Assembly: GCA_963838285.1 (NCBI GenBank)
Contig: CAWIQP010000011.1
Span: 75,917-139,916, forward strand
Direction of reading: 5' to 3'
Length of the DNA: 64,000 nucleotides
DNA from: an uncultured Chloroflexia bacterium
GTDB lineage: Bacteria > Chloroflexota > Limnocylindria > Limnocylindrales > CSP1-4
The notes under the pieces were generated by a model. It did no database searches. It was not told the origin of the DNA and worked only from the letters and a program-made list of their open reading frames with translations. Made by a program: the position numbers and the translations under genes. Positions 1-12,432 of the stretch are shown here, one piece after another. Each line of letters begins with the position of its first letter. Positions within the stretch are counted from its first letter, which is position 1.

Positions 1-375
1 CAAGAAGCCGGAGACGGAGACCGAGACCGAAAGCCGGGTCCGCCGGGGTTTCCCGCCTCCGGTGGATCAGCCGCCAGCGATGGCCTGATGGCCGGCGCCG
101 GCCAGGGTGCGACGATGGACAGCGCCGGGGCGGCCGGTCTCGGCGTTGCCGCCTGCGGGCGCTGACGGTCTGGCGGCCGAACTGAATACGGGCGTGTCGT
201 CGCCGCTGCGGCGGCGAACCAACTGAATACGCGCGTCGCCGCTGCGGCGAGTTCAAGCCTGGGCGCCGGCGAGTACGCGAGCGAGCGCACATTGAGGTGC
301 GTGAGCGAGCGGCGGAGCCGGCAACGACGGCATGGGCCGCCCCGGCGGCGACCCCTCACCTGCGAGAGGGGCCTC

Positions 376-1551
376 ATGGAGTACAAGGACTACTACAAGA
401 CGCTGGGAGTGCCGAGAGCGGCCACTCCGGCCGAAATCAAGAAGGCCTACCGGCGGCTGGCGCGCGAGCTTCACCCCGACCGCAACCCCGGCGACAAGAC
501 CGCGGAGCGCCGGTTCAAGGATGTCAACGAGGCCAACGAGGTCCTGGCCGACCCAAAGAAGCGCCAGCAATACGACATGCTCGGCTCCAACTGGGATCAA
601 TTCTCCCGCGGCGGCGGGGCCTCGAGCGGAACGGCTTCCGCCGGCAGCCCGTTCGGCGGCGATCCGTTCGGACCGGGCGGGCCCTTCGCCGGCTACGGGG
701 CAGGCGGCCAGGGCGGAAACGTCCGATACGAGTTCCACTCCACCGGCGAAGCGGACGATTTCTCGGACTTCTTCAACATGTTCTTCGGCGGAGCCGGTGC
801 GGCGGCCGGGGCGGCCGGACGATCGCCAGGCTCCGGGTCCGCATCCGGCTCGGCGGCGGGAGCGCGGTCGGCCGGAGCGGCCGGTTCGACGGCCACCCGG
901 CCGAAGGACGGCGGCCGCAGGACGGGCAACACGCTGGACGATCTGCTGTCGCGACTCCGGCCCAATGCCGGGTCCGGGGTGGACTCCACCGGCTCGGCCG
1001 GACCCACCGCCCGGCACAAGGGCGCACGCCACGGCGACGACGTGGAAGTCGAGGTCGACCTCAGCCTTGAAGAAGCTTTTCACGGCTCCGCCCGACTCGT
1101 GCAGGTCGGCGGCCGACGCCTCGAGGTCAAGGTCCCGGCCGGCGTGGAGACCGGGAGCAAGATCCGCCTGAGCGGCAAGGCCGGCTCCGGGGCCGACGCC
1201 GGCGACCTCTACCTGATCACGAAGATCGGGCCGCACCCGGTCTTCACGCGAAACGGCGCGGACCTCACTCGCGAGCTTCCGGTGACCCTGGGAGAGGCGC
1301 TGCTCGGCGGCGAGGTGGACGTGGAAACGCTCCGCGGCCGCGTCCTGCTCAACCTCCCCGCCGGCACGCAGCAGGGCCAGACCTTCAGGCTGGCCGGCCA
1401 GGGCATGCCGCGTCTCAAGGGCGAAGGCGCAGGCGACCTCTACGCTCGGGTCAAGATCGTCATGCCGGGCAAGCTGGAGGGGCGGCAGCGCAAAGCGGCC
1501 GAGGAGTTCCTGCGCCAGATCGTCCAACCGAATCCAAGAGTCAAGCTGTAG
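376..1551 (+). CDS. DnaJ-family co-chaperone (J-domain + G/F-rich + C-terminal substrate-binding domains, no zinc finger; CbpA-like)
   Basis: [12 protein letters not shown]...HPDRNP J-domain with HPD motif, Gly/Phe-rich linker, DnaJ C-terminal domains; GAGAGGGG RBS before ATG 376; longer ORF 292..1551 is an upstream extension. Confidence 0.85.
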   Translation: MEYKDYYKTLGVPRAATPAEIKKAYRRLARELHPDRNPGDKTAERRFKDVNEANEVLADPKKRQQYDMLGSNWDQFSRGGGASSGTASAGSPFGGDPFGPGGPFAGYGAGGQGGNVRYEFHSTGEADDFSDFFNMFFGGAGAAAGAAGRSPGSGSASGSAAGARSAGAAGSTATRPKDGGRRTGNTLDDLLSRLRPNAGSGVDSTGSAGPTARHKGARHGDDVEVEVDLSLEEAFHGSARLVQVGGRRLEVKVPAGVETGSKIRLSGKAGSGADAGDLYLITKIGPHPVFTRNGADLTRELPVTLGEALLGGEVDVETLRGRVLLNLPAGTQQGQTFRLAGQGMPRLKGEGAGDLYARVKIVMPGKLEGRQRKAAEEFLRQIVQPNPRVKL

Positions 1552-1615
1552 CTGCCGGGATCGACCTCCCGCGCGACAACCATAGCGGGCCGTGGAGGCC
1601 CACTGAGAGAGACCC

Positions 1616-4370
<2,755 letters not shown>

Positions 4371-4378
<8 letters not shown>

Positions 4379-5642
4379 CCCCGGCGGCCCCCGCCCCGGC
4401 GCCGCTCCCAGCCCCCGACGCGGCGCCGGCGGCGGCCGAGAGCGCCCGAGCCCGCCCGGCGATCTCCAGCATTGCCCGGGTGTTGTGGTAGGGGCACTTC
4501 CAGAAGTCGGCTTTGTCCAGTCCCGGGATCGGCTCGCCCCTGGACGTGACGCGGCAGTACCACTCGCCGCCGACCCGGTCGATCTGGTGGGCGTCGATGA
4601 AATCCCACGTCCCCAGCGCGGCGTCGAGGAACTCGCTCCTGGACGTGAGCCCGTACGCGTTGAGGAACCCCACGACGCCCTCCGCCTGGACCCACCAGTG
4701 CTTGTCCGTGTCGAGCGGGCCGTCCGCCGGCGCCTCGTAGTAGATCCCGCCTTCGGCCCGGTCGTACCCCCGATCCAGCACGCACTCGGCCAGCCGCACG
4801 GCGGCCGCGGCGGCCCGGGCCTCGAGGGCGTCGTCTTCCAGCACCTGGGCAGCCTCGCACAGCAACCAGCCCGCCTCGATCTCGTGGCCGTACGAGACGA
4901 CATCGGACAGCGGCCGCCAGCCTTCGTCCTGAAACAGGATCAGGTGGCCGGTCCGGGCGTCGACGATCCGGTCGAGGAAGACGTCGAGCAAGGCCCGGAG
5001 TCGCTCTCGGGGCCGCGGCCGGCCGGAGACCCGCGCCAGCCCCGTGTATGCCTCCAGCACGTGGAGGTGGGTATTCATCGAGAACGGGGCGTTCAGGTCT
5101 CGGGCCGACAGTCGAATGTCGGCGATCGGCTCCCAGCCGCGCCCGCGCGCCTCCCAGTAGCCGCCGCCGGCCGGGTCGAGCGCGTGCGCCTCGACGTCCT
5201 CGAAGAGGCGCTCCGCACGATCGAGGGCCTCGGCCTCGCCGGTCGCTCGGAAGTACTCGGCCAGGGCGTAGATCCCGAAAGCCTGTCCGTACGTCTGCTT
5301 GCGACCCTGGAGCGTCCGGCCGTCGCCGTCCACCTCCCAGTAGAAACCGGCATGCTCGGCATCCCAGAAGTGTTCGAGCAGGTAGCGATAGGCCCGATCG
5401 GCCAGCTCCCGATAGAGCGGCTCCGGCCAGCGGCCCAGCGCGGCCGAGAAACTCCACAGGATGCGGGCGTTCAGGACGAGGCCCTTGGCGGCGGTCGGAT
5501 CCGGCCGGCCATCCGCCCCCACCCTGCCGAAGAAGCCGCCGCCGTCGCGGTCGACCGCTCGAGTCGCCCAGAACGGAAGTATCCCTTCGCGCAACTCGCG
5601 CTCGGCCGCGGGCTGGAGAGCGGCCAGTCGGTCGATCATCAT
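4371..5642 (-). CDS. N-acylglucosamine 2-epimerase (AGE) family protein
   Basis: 423 aa alpha/alpha-toroid AGE-family signature (ILWSFSAA...HFWD...GGFYWEVD); overlaps clpB stop by 8 nt; Gly/Ala/Ser low-complexity C-terminus. Confidence 0.75.
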
Positions 5643-5758
5643 GGGGCGATCCTAGCGGGCTCGACGCGGGCCCGTGGCGCTCGCGCCGCACGGCATACGA
5701 TCATGCGGCCCGATGGCAGGTCTTCCGGCACGGGACACGCACCTGGAGGTCGCCCGGC

Positions 5759-6454
5759 ATGAGGTTCGAGCTGGTTCGCGACAGGCTGGCCGTGCTGCCG
5801 CGCGAACTGCCCGCCGCACCGGCCGTCCTGACGCCCGTTCGAATCGACTCGCCGGAGGCGCTCTTCCCGGACGCCGGCCGGCGCGGTCGGCCCGCGGCGG
5901 TCCTCGTGCTGCTCTTCCCCGACGCTGCGGGCCAGGCCCGCGTGCTGCTGACGGCCCGCGCGCCGCAGGGCATCGGGCACGCCGGCGAGGTCAGCTTCCC
6001 GGGCGGCTCCGCCGAGGCGGGCGACGCCGACCCGATCGAGACCGCCATCCGCGAGGCGACCGAAGAGGTCGCGCTGAACCCGACCGCATGCGGCCTGCGT
6101 GTCGTCGGCGCACTGGAGGTGTTCGCCCTGACGGTGTCCGGGTTCCGCATCACGCCGGTCGTGGCCACGGCCGAGCGCCGGCCCGAGTGTCGAGCCGCTC
6201 CCGACGAGGTTGCCCGGATCGTGGAGGCTCCGGTCGAGGCGTTCCTGCCCGATGCCCCGGTCGAGCTGGAGGAGCGGGCCATCCGCCAGCGGCTGATTCG
6301 CTACGGCGTCTACCCGGTCGAAGGCGAGCGGGTCTGGGGCGCGACCGCTCGGATGCTCGGCCAGCTGGGTGCGCTGCTGGCCGAGGAACCCGCGGGCCAT
6401 CCGTCGAAAGCGGCCCACGACGCGTCGCGGCGACGCGCCGTGCCGGAGCGTCGC
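5759..6454 (+). CDS. NUDIX hydrolase (CoA pyrophosphatase-like); reading frame continues without stop into the downstream GNAT-like region
   Basis: ATG 5759 MRFELV...; Nudix box GHAGEVSFPGGSAEAGDADPIETAIREATEEVAL; the 5048..7150 ORF has no stop after the Nudix domain. Confidence 0.7.
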
Positions 6455-6965
6455 GTGCCGGCTTCCGGGCCGCCAACGGTTCGACGCGCCGTCGACGGCG
6501 ACCGTCCCGCGATCGACACATTCCTCGAGGACGTAGCGCCGGAGCTCGCTGCACACGCTCCCACCCGCGTCCGAACTGTTCGTGGCCGAGGATTCCGGCC
6601 GGCTTGCGGGCCTGGCCGGGTGGGCGCCGTGGGATCGGCCGCGATCGGCCGCCGACCCGCGCGGCTTCGACGGCCTGGCATTCGACCCCGACCAAGCCGC
6701 CGCCGAGGTCACTCTGCTCGCGGTGGCTCCCCGGCTGCGCGGCCGGGGGATTGGCAGGCTTCTGACGAACACGGTCGCGGACTCCGCCGCCGCGGCCGGC
6801 CGTCGACGGCTGCTCGCCTGGACTCTCGCCGACTCGGACGTTCATCCCTCGTCGATCGCCGCTCGGGCCTTCTTCCGCTCCTGCGGTTTCGAGGACGTGG
6901 CGGTCGATCGCCGCATCCAGGCGCGCGGCGAAGATCGCCTGCTGCTGAGCCGTCCACTCGGCTGA
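6455..6965 (+). CDS. GNAT-family N-acetyltransferase, apparently split over two reading frames (frameshift ~6545-6580) and/or fused to the upstream NUDIX gene
   Basis: GNAT beta1 (VRRAVDGDRPAIDTFLEDVAPEL) is in the Nudix frame; motif A/B part (LFVAEDSGRLAG...RLRGRGIGRLL...FFRSCGF) is in the frame of ORF 6582..6965. Confidence 0.5.
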
Positions 6966-7137
6966 GACTCCAGCTCGAGACCACCGCCGGCAGCGGCCTG
7001 TGGCCCGCGCCGCAATCCACCGTCCTGCCGGCCGAGATCGTGCCTTTCGCTCGCCGTTCGCCGCGCTATCGTTGCGCCGCCGCCATCCCCGCTACCGGGG
7101 GCATGGTCCGGGGGGCGTGCTCAGGAGGAATTGAGCC

Positions 7138-7893
7138 GTGGACTTCTTGATGCGCAAGATGACCGGCATCGAGGCGGTCAAGAACGGCGTCCCGAGCGAC
7201 GCGCTCGTCGAGAGCATCTCCGATACCGGCACCACCATCTCTTCGTCGTCCGTCGGGCCCGAAGCTCCCGTATACCAGTTCAGCCTGCAGGTGACGCCGA
7301 TCGGCGGCGCGGGGGCGCCGTACCCGGTCGTGGTCAAGGCTGCCGTTCCGCGCCTCTACATCCCCATGGTTCTGCCCGGCATCCGTGTCGGCGTGATGAT
7401 CGACCCGACGAACCCGCAGAAGGTCTCGCCGGACTTCACGCGCATCAACGCGGGAGCGCCGGCCGGCATGGCCGGGCCCGGGGGCGTGAACATCAACTTC
7501 GACGCGAACGGGCAGCCTCAGGACGGCCAGGTGAGTGCGCTGGTCGGAGCGGTCCGGAGCGGCGCCATGCCCACGACCAGGGGCAGCGCCGATCAGCTCC
7601 TGGCGACCGGCACCCACGGCACAGCCGTCATCACGTCGGCGCAGCCGCTCGGCAAGACGGTCCGCGACATCAACCCCAACGCCGATCCGTCGCGTCTCGA
7701 CGACCCGATGTGGGTGTTCACGGTCGAAGTCACCGTGCCGGGCATGCCGCCGTTTCCTGCGGTCTTCGGCCACCGCGTTCCCATCGCGAAGCTCGCGTCC
7801 GTGGCTCCCGGAGTGAAGGTGGCGGTCGCCGTCAACATGGCCAACCCGAGCCAGGAAGTCGCCATCGACTGGAACCAGTCGCCGGTCGCGTAG
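7138..7893 (+). CDS. hypothetical protein (no TM, Gly/Pro-rich, no recognisable domain)
   Basis: 251-aa ORF with protein-like composition; alternative start MRKMTG at 7150. Confidence 0.45.
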   Translation: MDFLMRKMTGIEAVKNGVPSDALVESISDTGTTISSSSVGPEAPVYQFSLQVTPIGGAGAPYPVVVKAAVPRLYIPMVLPGIRVGVMIDPTNPQKVSPDFTRINAGAPAGMAGPGGVNINFDANGQPQDGQVSALVGAVRSGAMPTTRGSADQLLATGTHGTAVITSAQPLGKTVRDINPNADPSRLDDPMWVFTVEVTVPGMPPFPAVFGHRVPIAKLASVAPGVKVAVAVNMANPSQEVAIDWNQSPVA

Positions 7894-7980
7894 GCTCGAG
7901 GCAGCGGCTCGGCCGAGACCAGGGCCGGGGCGAGCTGCCAGAGCCGAGCCCGGCGGCTTGCCCGCAGCGGGGCCGGCGGC

Positions 7981-8472
7981 CTACCAGGGCTCTTCTTCGG
8001 TCGAGCGGTGGTCCTCGGGAACGGTCGGCGGCCGCGGGGCGAGAGCTCCATCGGCCCGCAGCGATTCGGCCCGGGGCGTCTCCGCGGGCGGCGCGGTCGG
8101 CGCGAGAGCCGCCGCATCCTCCAGGCGTGACGCTTCGGCCGGTTCCTCCGCCGGAGTGAACTCGACGACGATGGCCCGCATCGGCGTCAGCTCCGTCCAG
8201 GCCGAGTGGACCACGTTCGGCGGCCAGACGACGGCCTCGCCGGGGGCCACGCGCGCCTGCTCGTCGCCCACGCGCACGAACCCGCCGCCCTCGATGACGA
8301 GGAAATAGGCCAGGTTCGGGTTCGAGTGGGGCGCGATCGAAGCTTTCGGTTTGAGGGCCAGCTCGGCGACGACGCCTCGCCCGTCGACGTGCACGGGCGC
8401 GGCCTCCACGCCGTGAGTGCCCGGAGGACCGTCCCCGCGTCGATGACCCGTGCCGAACCGGCGGATTTCCAT
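7981..8472 (-). CDS. cupin-domain protein
   Basis: 163 aa; cupin beta-barrel motifs (HSNPNLAYFLVIEGGGFVRVGDE...PPNVVHSAW); acidic Pro-rich C-terminal tail. Confidence 0.65.
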   Translation of the reverse strand: MEIRRFGTGHRRGDGPPGTHGVEAAPVHVDGRGVVAELALKPKASIAPHSNPNLAYFLVIEGGGFVRVGDEQARVAPGEAVVWPPNVVHSAWTELTPMRAIVVEFTPAEEPAEASRLEDAAALAPTAPPAETPRAESLRADGALAPRPPTVPEDHRSTEEEPW

Positions 8473-8557
8473 GGCGTTCGGATGCGCCTATCGAGCCGCG
8501 GCGGCGAAGGGACCGAGCGCGACCGGGTCGGGAGGCATTTCGATCGCCTCCTCGCGA

Positions 8558-9001
8558 TTACCGGCGGCGGCGCTTGGCCTTGGCCGGCGCCTTGGACCGG
8601 ATCGTGGCCTCTGGGTGCGCCGTCTTCGAGCGCTGGAAGTAGCGCTGCCGGGCCAGACGCTCTTCATAGGCCTGGATCAGCGGCGGGAAGTGCCAGAACC
8701 TGATCCAGATGAAGAGGACCGCGCCGCCGATCATGGTCGGCAGGACGAAGATGAAGTCGAAGCCGAAGATCGAGAACATCAGCAGGAGCGAGAAGACTCC
8801 CACCGAGGTCCACATCAGCCACTCGTTGAGGTCGAGGAAGACCGAATAGGCGTGCAGCCGCCGGCCCTGGAAGTTGTAGAAGATGATCCCGGCGACGAGC
8901 AGGACCAGGGAGATCTGCCAGACCCAGTTGAACAGGGGCGGGAAGTTGCTCTGGTTGAAGCCGATGAGCAGCGTGCTGATCTGGTTCCAAGGGCCGTCCA
9001 C
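8558..9001 (-). CDS. small integral membrane protein (3-4 TMs) with Lys/Arg-rich C-terminal tail
   Basis: GTG start at 9001; Trp/Phe/Ile-rich hydrophobic segments; AT-richer codon usage than neighbours; tail KAPAKAKRRRR. Confidence 0.55.
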   Translation of the reverse strand: MDGPWNQISTLLIGFNQSNFPPLFNWVWQISLVLLVAGIIFYNFQGRRLHAYSVFLDLNEWLMWTSVGVFSLLLMFSIFGFDFIFVLPTMIGGAVLFIWIRFWHFPPLIQAYEERLARQRYFQRSKTAHPEATIRSKAPAKAKRRRR

Positions 9002-9119
9002 GCGGGACCCTCCAAGTGTTCAGTCATTAGCGGTCGATTGACCTGGACGGGCGCCCGCCGGCGATCGGGGCCGAGCGTCGGCGGAGGGGCCGAGACACGG
9101 CCGTCGAAGCTGGCACCGG

Positions 9120-9300
9120 GTGCGCCTTCGATTTCGTGTGCAGGGAGTATGCCATGACCGGGCGCTATACTCGGCCCAATCCGGCAACCCGAGCCAGAAG
9201 CGCACCGCGTGCGGCGGGCCGATAGGTCGAGCGGGCAACGCGCCGACCACTGGACGACGGGGCCGAACCTCAGGCAGCTGGGAGGTACGCCTGGTGCGAG
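9120..9300 (+). ncRNA. candidate ZTP (pfl-motif) riboswitch in the purH leader (speculative)
   Basis: GGGAG...ACCGGGCG near 9140-9165 and ACGCCUGGUGCG at 9286-9297 (resembles the pfl 3' CCGCCUGGGC element) overlapping the purH GGAGG RBS and GTG; pfl motifs classically precede purH. Confidence 0.25.
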
Positions 9301-10842
9301 CCCTGCTCTCGGTGGCGAACCGGGAGGGCATCGTCGCGTTCGCGCGCGAGCTGCTCGCCCTCGGGATCGAGGTCTTCGCCACCGACGGCACGCGCGAGGC
9401 CCTGGCCGCCGACGGCGTCGAAGTAAGGTCCGTCTCCGAGCTGACTGGCTCCGATCCGATCGCGGGCGGCCAGGTCAAGACGCTCCATCCCGCCATCTAC
9501 GCCGGCATCCTGGCCCGCCGAGACCGGCCCGATCAGCTGGCCGAGCTCGAAGCCCAGAAGATCGGGCTGATCGACATCGTCGCCGTCAACGTGAGCCGAT
9601 TCGCCCCTCAGGTGGGCGCCCGCCTGGTGCCCATCGACGAAGCCATCGAGATGATCGACATCGGCGGCGCCGCCCTGCTTGCCGCCGCGGCTCGCAACTA
9701 CGCCGGCGTGGCGGCCGTGGCCAACCCGGCCCGCTACCTTCAGGTGATCGCGGAAGTGCGACAGAGAGGGGCCGTGTCCGCCGAGCTGCGGCAGCGTCTC
9801 GCGGCCGAGGCGTACGGGCTCGTCGCCGCGTACCACGCCGAGATCGCCGCGTACCTGTCCAACGTCGCCGGCGACATGTTCCCCGGACGGCTGGCCATGG
9901 TGCTCGAGAAGGTGGACGACCTGCGTTACGGCGAGAACCCGCCGCAGCACGCCGCCTTCTACCGCGAGACTACTCACCGGGCCGGCACGCTGGCCGACGC
10001 CACTCAGATCCAGGGGTCGCGACCGTCGTTCAACGACCTGCTGGACCTGGACGCCGCCTACGCCATAGCCGCCGATTTCACCGCCCCGACCGTAACGATC
10101 GTCAAGCACACCGACCCGGTCGGGCTGGCTTCGGCGGAGGAGCTGGTCGAGGCCTGCCGCAATGCCCTCGAAACGGACTCCGTGTCGTGCTTCGGCGGCA
10201 TCGTGGGGGTGAATCGCGAGCTCGACGGCGCCACCGCGCGCGAGATCGCCGCCAACTCGTACGAGGCGGTCGTGGCCCCGTCGTTCAGCCAGGCAGCGAT
10301 CGGGATCCTGGCCGGTAAGCCGCAGATCGCCCTGCTGGCGGTCCCGCCCAACCCCATCGAGGGACCGCGCGACTACGGCATCGCCAATCTCGACTTCAAG
10401 CGCATCGCCGGCGGCCTTGCTCGTCGAGACCAAGGACGAGCTGGGGCTCGACAAGACGCAACTCCAGGTCGTGACGAAGCGACGGCCCACGCTCGAGGAG
10501 CTGACGGACCTGCTGTTCGCGTGGCGGGCGGTGCGCCACGTCCGTTCCAACTCGATCGTGCTGGCGCGCGGCGCGGCCACGGTGGGCATCGGAGCGGCCC
10601 AGGCGAGCCGCCAGACGGCGGTGGAGATCGCCCTGCGGCGAGCCGGCGACAGGGCGCGGCTCTCGGTCATGGCGAGCGACGCCTACTTCCCGTTCCCGGA
10701 CGGCATCCAGATCGCCGCCCAGGCCGGCATCACGGCGATCATCCAGCCCGGGGGCTCGATTCGCGACGAGATGGCGATCGAGGTCGCGGATCGGCACCAC
10801 ATGGCGATGGTCTTCACGGGGCGGCGCCACTTCCGCCACTGA
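9294..10842 (+). CDS. purH: bifunctional AICAR transformylase / IMP cyclohydrolase PurH, with a +1 frameshift at ~10417
   Basis: GTG 9294 after GGAGG; MGS-like and AICARFT domains; conserved C-terminus (LVETKDELG...MVFTGRRHFRH) lies in ORF 10417..10842, one frame off from ...FKRIAGGL at 10401-10418. Confidence 0.9.
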
Positions 10843-10942
10843 TGGTCCGCGGCGGGCATGGGCGCGGGCGCGGTCGCGGGACCTGGGGCGCGCGGCCAGC
10901 CGGCTCGTCGGACCCGCGTCCGCCGCCGACGGACCCACCGCC

Positions 10943-11150
10943 GCCACCGGGCAGTTCGCGCCCTCTCCGCCGGCTCATTTGACCTTCGGTGATCCAACCG
11001 GGCTGCGGCGGCGCGGCGTGCCGTCTCAGCCGACCCCGGGTCGCCGCCGGCGAATCACCGTCGCCACGGGGCAGTCCTCTCCGTATCCGCCGGCTCATTT
11101 GACCCGTGGTGATCCAACCGGGCTCCGGGCGCGAATCACTGGGTGACAGC
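10943..11150. repeat. imperfect tandem duplication, period 120 bp (~1.7 copies; second copy carries a ~35-bp deletion)
   Basis: CCGCCGGCTCATTTGACC(T/C)N2GGTGATCCAACCGGGCT at 10965-11005 and again at 11085-11125; GCGAATCAC also repeated. Confidence 0.75.
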
Positions 11151-11743
11151 CGATCGGTAATGACGGACCGATCGGTCGGTCGGAGGAGAGGGATCGCCCG
11201 GCCTCCGGGCGATCGAAAGTGGCGGGCGACAGGTCGGAGCCCAGACAGCCGACGAGGGGCCTGTCGCCGCGCCGCTCCAGCAGCTGTGGAGCCGCGCCGG
11301 AGAGCGCGGCTTCTGTATTTCCCGGGCGGCGGGGCCTCGGCCAGACGCTCCATGCGGCAGACTCGCCAGAACTTGCCGATTTGACATCAGGGCGACGTTG
11401 GGCAAGCCGCCGAACTCCCGATCCTCGACCGAAGCCCGATTCCTGCCGCCGGACCAGCCTCCGGAGCCACGCTCACGTTCGATTCCGGCCGCGCGGCCGC
11501 GTCACCTCGACCGGGCCCGACCACTCGATGCCGGGGCGGTCGCCGAATGTCGGTCTCGTGTGAAATAGGAAATACCGGGATCCGGAGGTCGGCCGGGCCC
11601 GTTGCGGCCGATCCATTCGCGGCCGGGCCCGTCGCGGCTGAGCGGGTCCGCGATCCACCGGCGAGGCGTCGGGGCGCGGCGAGGCGTCGGGGCGCGGCCA
11701 GGCGTACGGGGCGGCGAGGCGCCGCGGGATTGAGCCGGATGCG

Positions 11744-12355
11744 TCAGGGCACCGCCGGCTCCACTACCCACCGTCCCAGGCTCGAATCCCAGCCCGCGAC
11801 GGCGCGGACGGACGAGGCGCCTTCGACCGACTCCCGGCGGGCTCGAGCCTCCGCGACCGACTCGTCCCAGCCGGGCGGCACCAGGTCCGGGGCCAGATCC
11901 GAGAGCGGAGCCAGCACGAAGAGGCGGCGGCTCGCCTCCGGGTGCGGAACCTCGAGCAGGCGCGTGGCCTTTGCCGGATCCGGGGAGCGGCCCTCCTCCG
12001 GCCGTTCCACAGCCATTTGCTCGTCGCCGAAGAGCAGCAGGTCCAGGTCCAGCTCGCGCGGGCCGTAGCGAGCCCGGATCTGCCGGCCGAAGGCCCGCTC
12101 GATCGACTTGAGGGCGAGCAGCAGCGCGATCGGGCCGGTATTGGCGCCGGGGCCGGCGGGCACGTCGAGGACCACGACGGCGTTGTGGAAGTCGGGCTGG
12201 TCCGTCACCTCGACCGGGGTCGTGACGTACAGGCGCGATACGCCGGCAAGGGTCGTCCCCGGGAGCGCGGCGAGGGCGTGAACGGCCGCGGTCAGCGTCG
12301 CCCGGGCGTCGCCGAGGTTGGCCCCCAGCCCGATGTATGCCCGAACCGTGCGCAT
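11744..12355 (-). CDS. folK: 2-amino-4-hydroxy-6-hydroxymethyldihydropteridine pyrophosphokinase (HPPK)
   Basis: MRTVRAYIGLGANLGDARATL...FHNAVVVLD...RELDLDLLLFGD...EVPHPE, classic HPPK motifs. Confidence 0.85.
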   Translation of the reverse strand: MRTVRAYIGLGANLGDARATLTAAVHALAALPGTTLAGVSRLYVTTPVEVTDQPDFHNAVVVLDVPAGPGANTGPIALLLALKSIERAFGRQIRARYGPRELDLDLLLFGDEQMAVERPEEGRSPDPAKATRLLEVPHPEASRRLFVLAPLSDLAPDLVPPGWDESVAEARARRESVEGASSVRAVAGWDSSLGRWVVEPAVP

Positions 12356-12432
12356 CGACTGGCTCCCGAGTTGCCGCTCCGGGCCGGGAGCGCGATCGCC
12401 GCGCGGCCGTGCACCGCGGCTAGACTCCGCTG

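Noticed and set aside
280-375. Canonical HAIR or CIRCE heat-shock operators upstream of dnaJ/clpB
   Set aside because: Looked for CTTGAGT-N7-ACTCAAG and TTAGCACTC-N9-GAGTGCTAA; only weak partial matches (GAGTTCAAG, CATTGAGG...GTGAGCG)
10943-11150. Possible CRISPR array (two 120-bp repeats)
   Set aside because: Units are directly adjacent with no spacers, too long and too few; same reasoning for the 50926-51188 array
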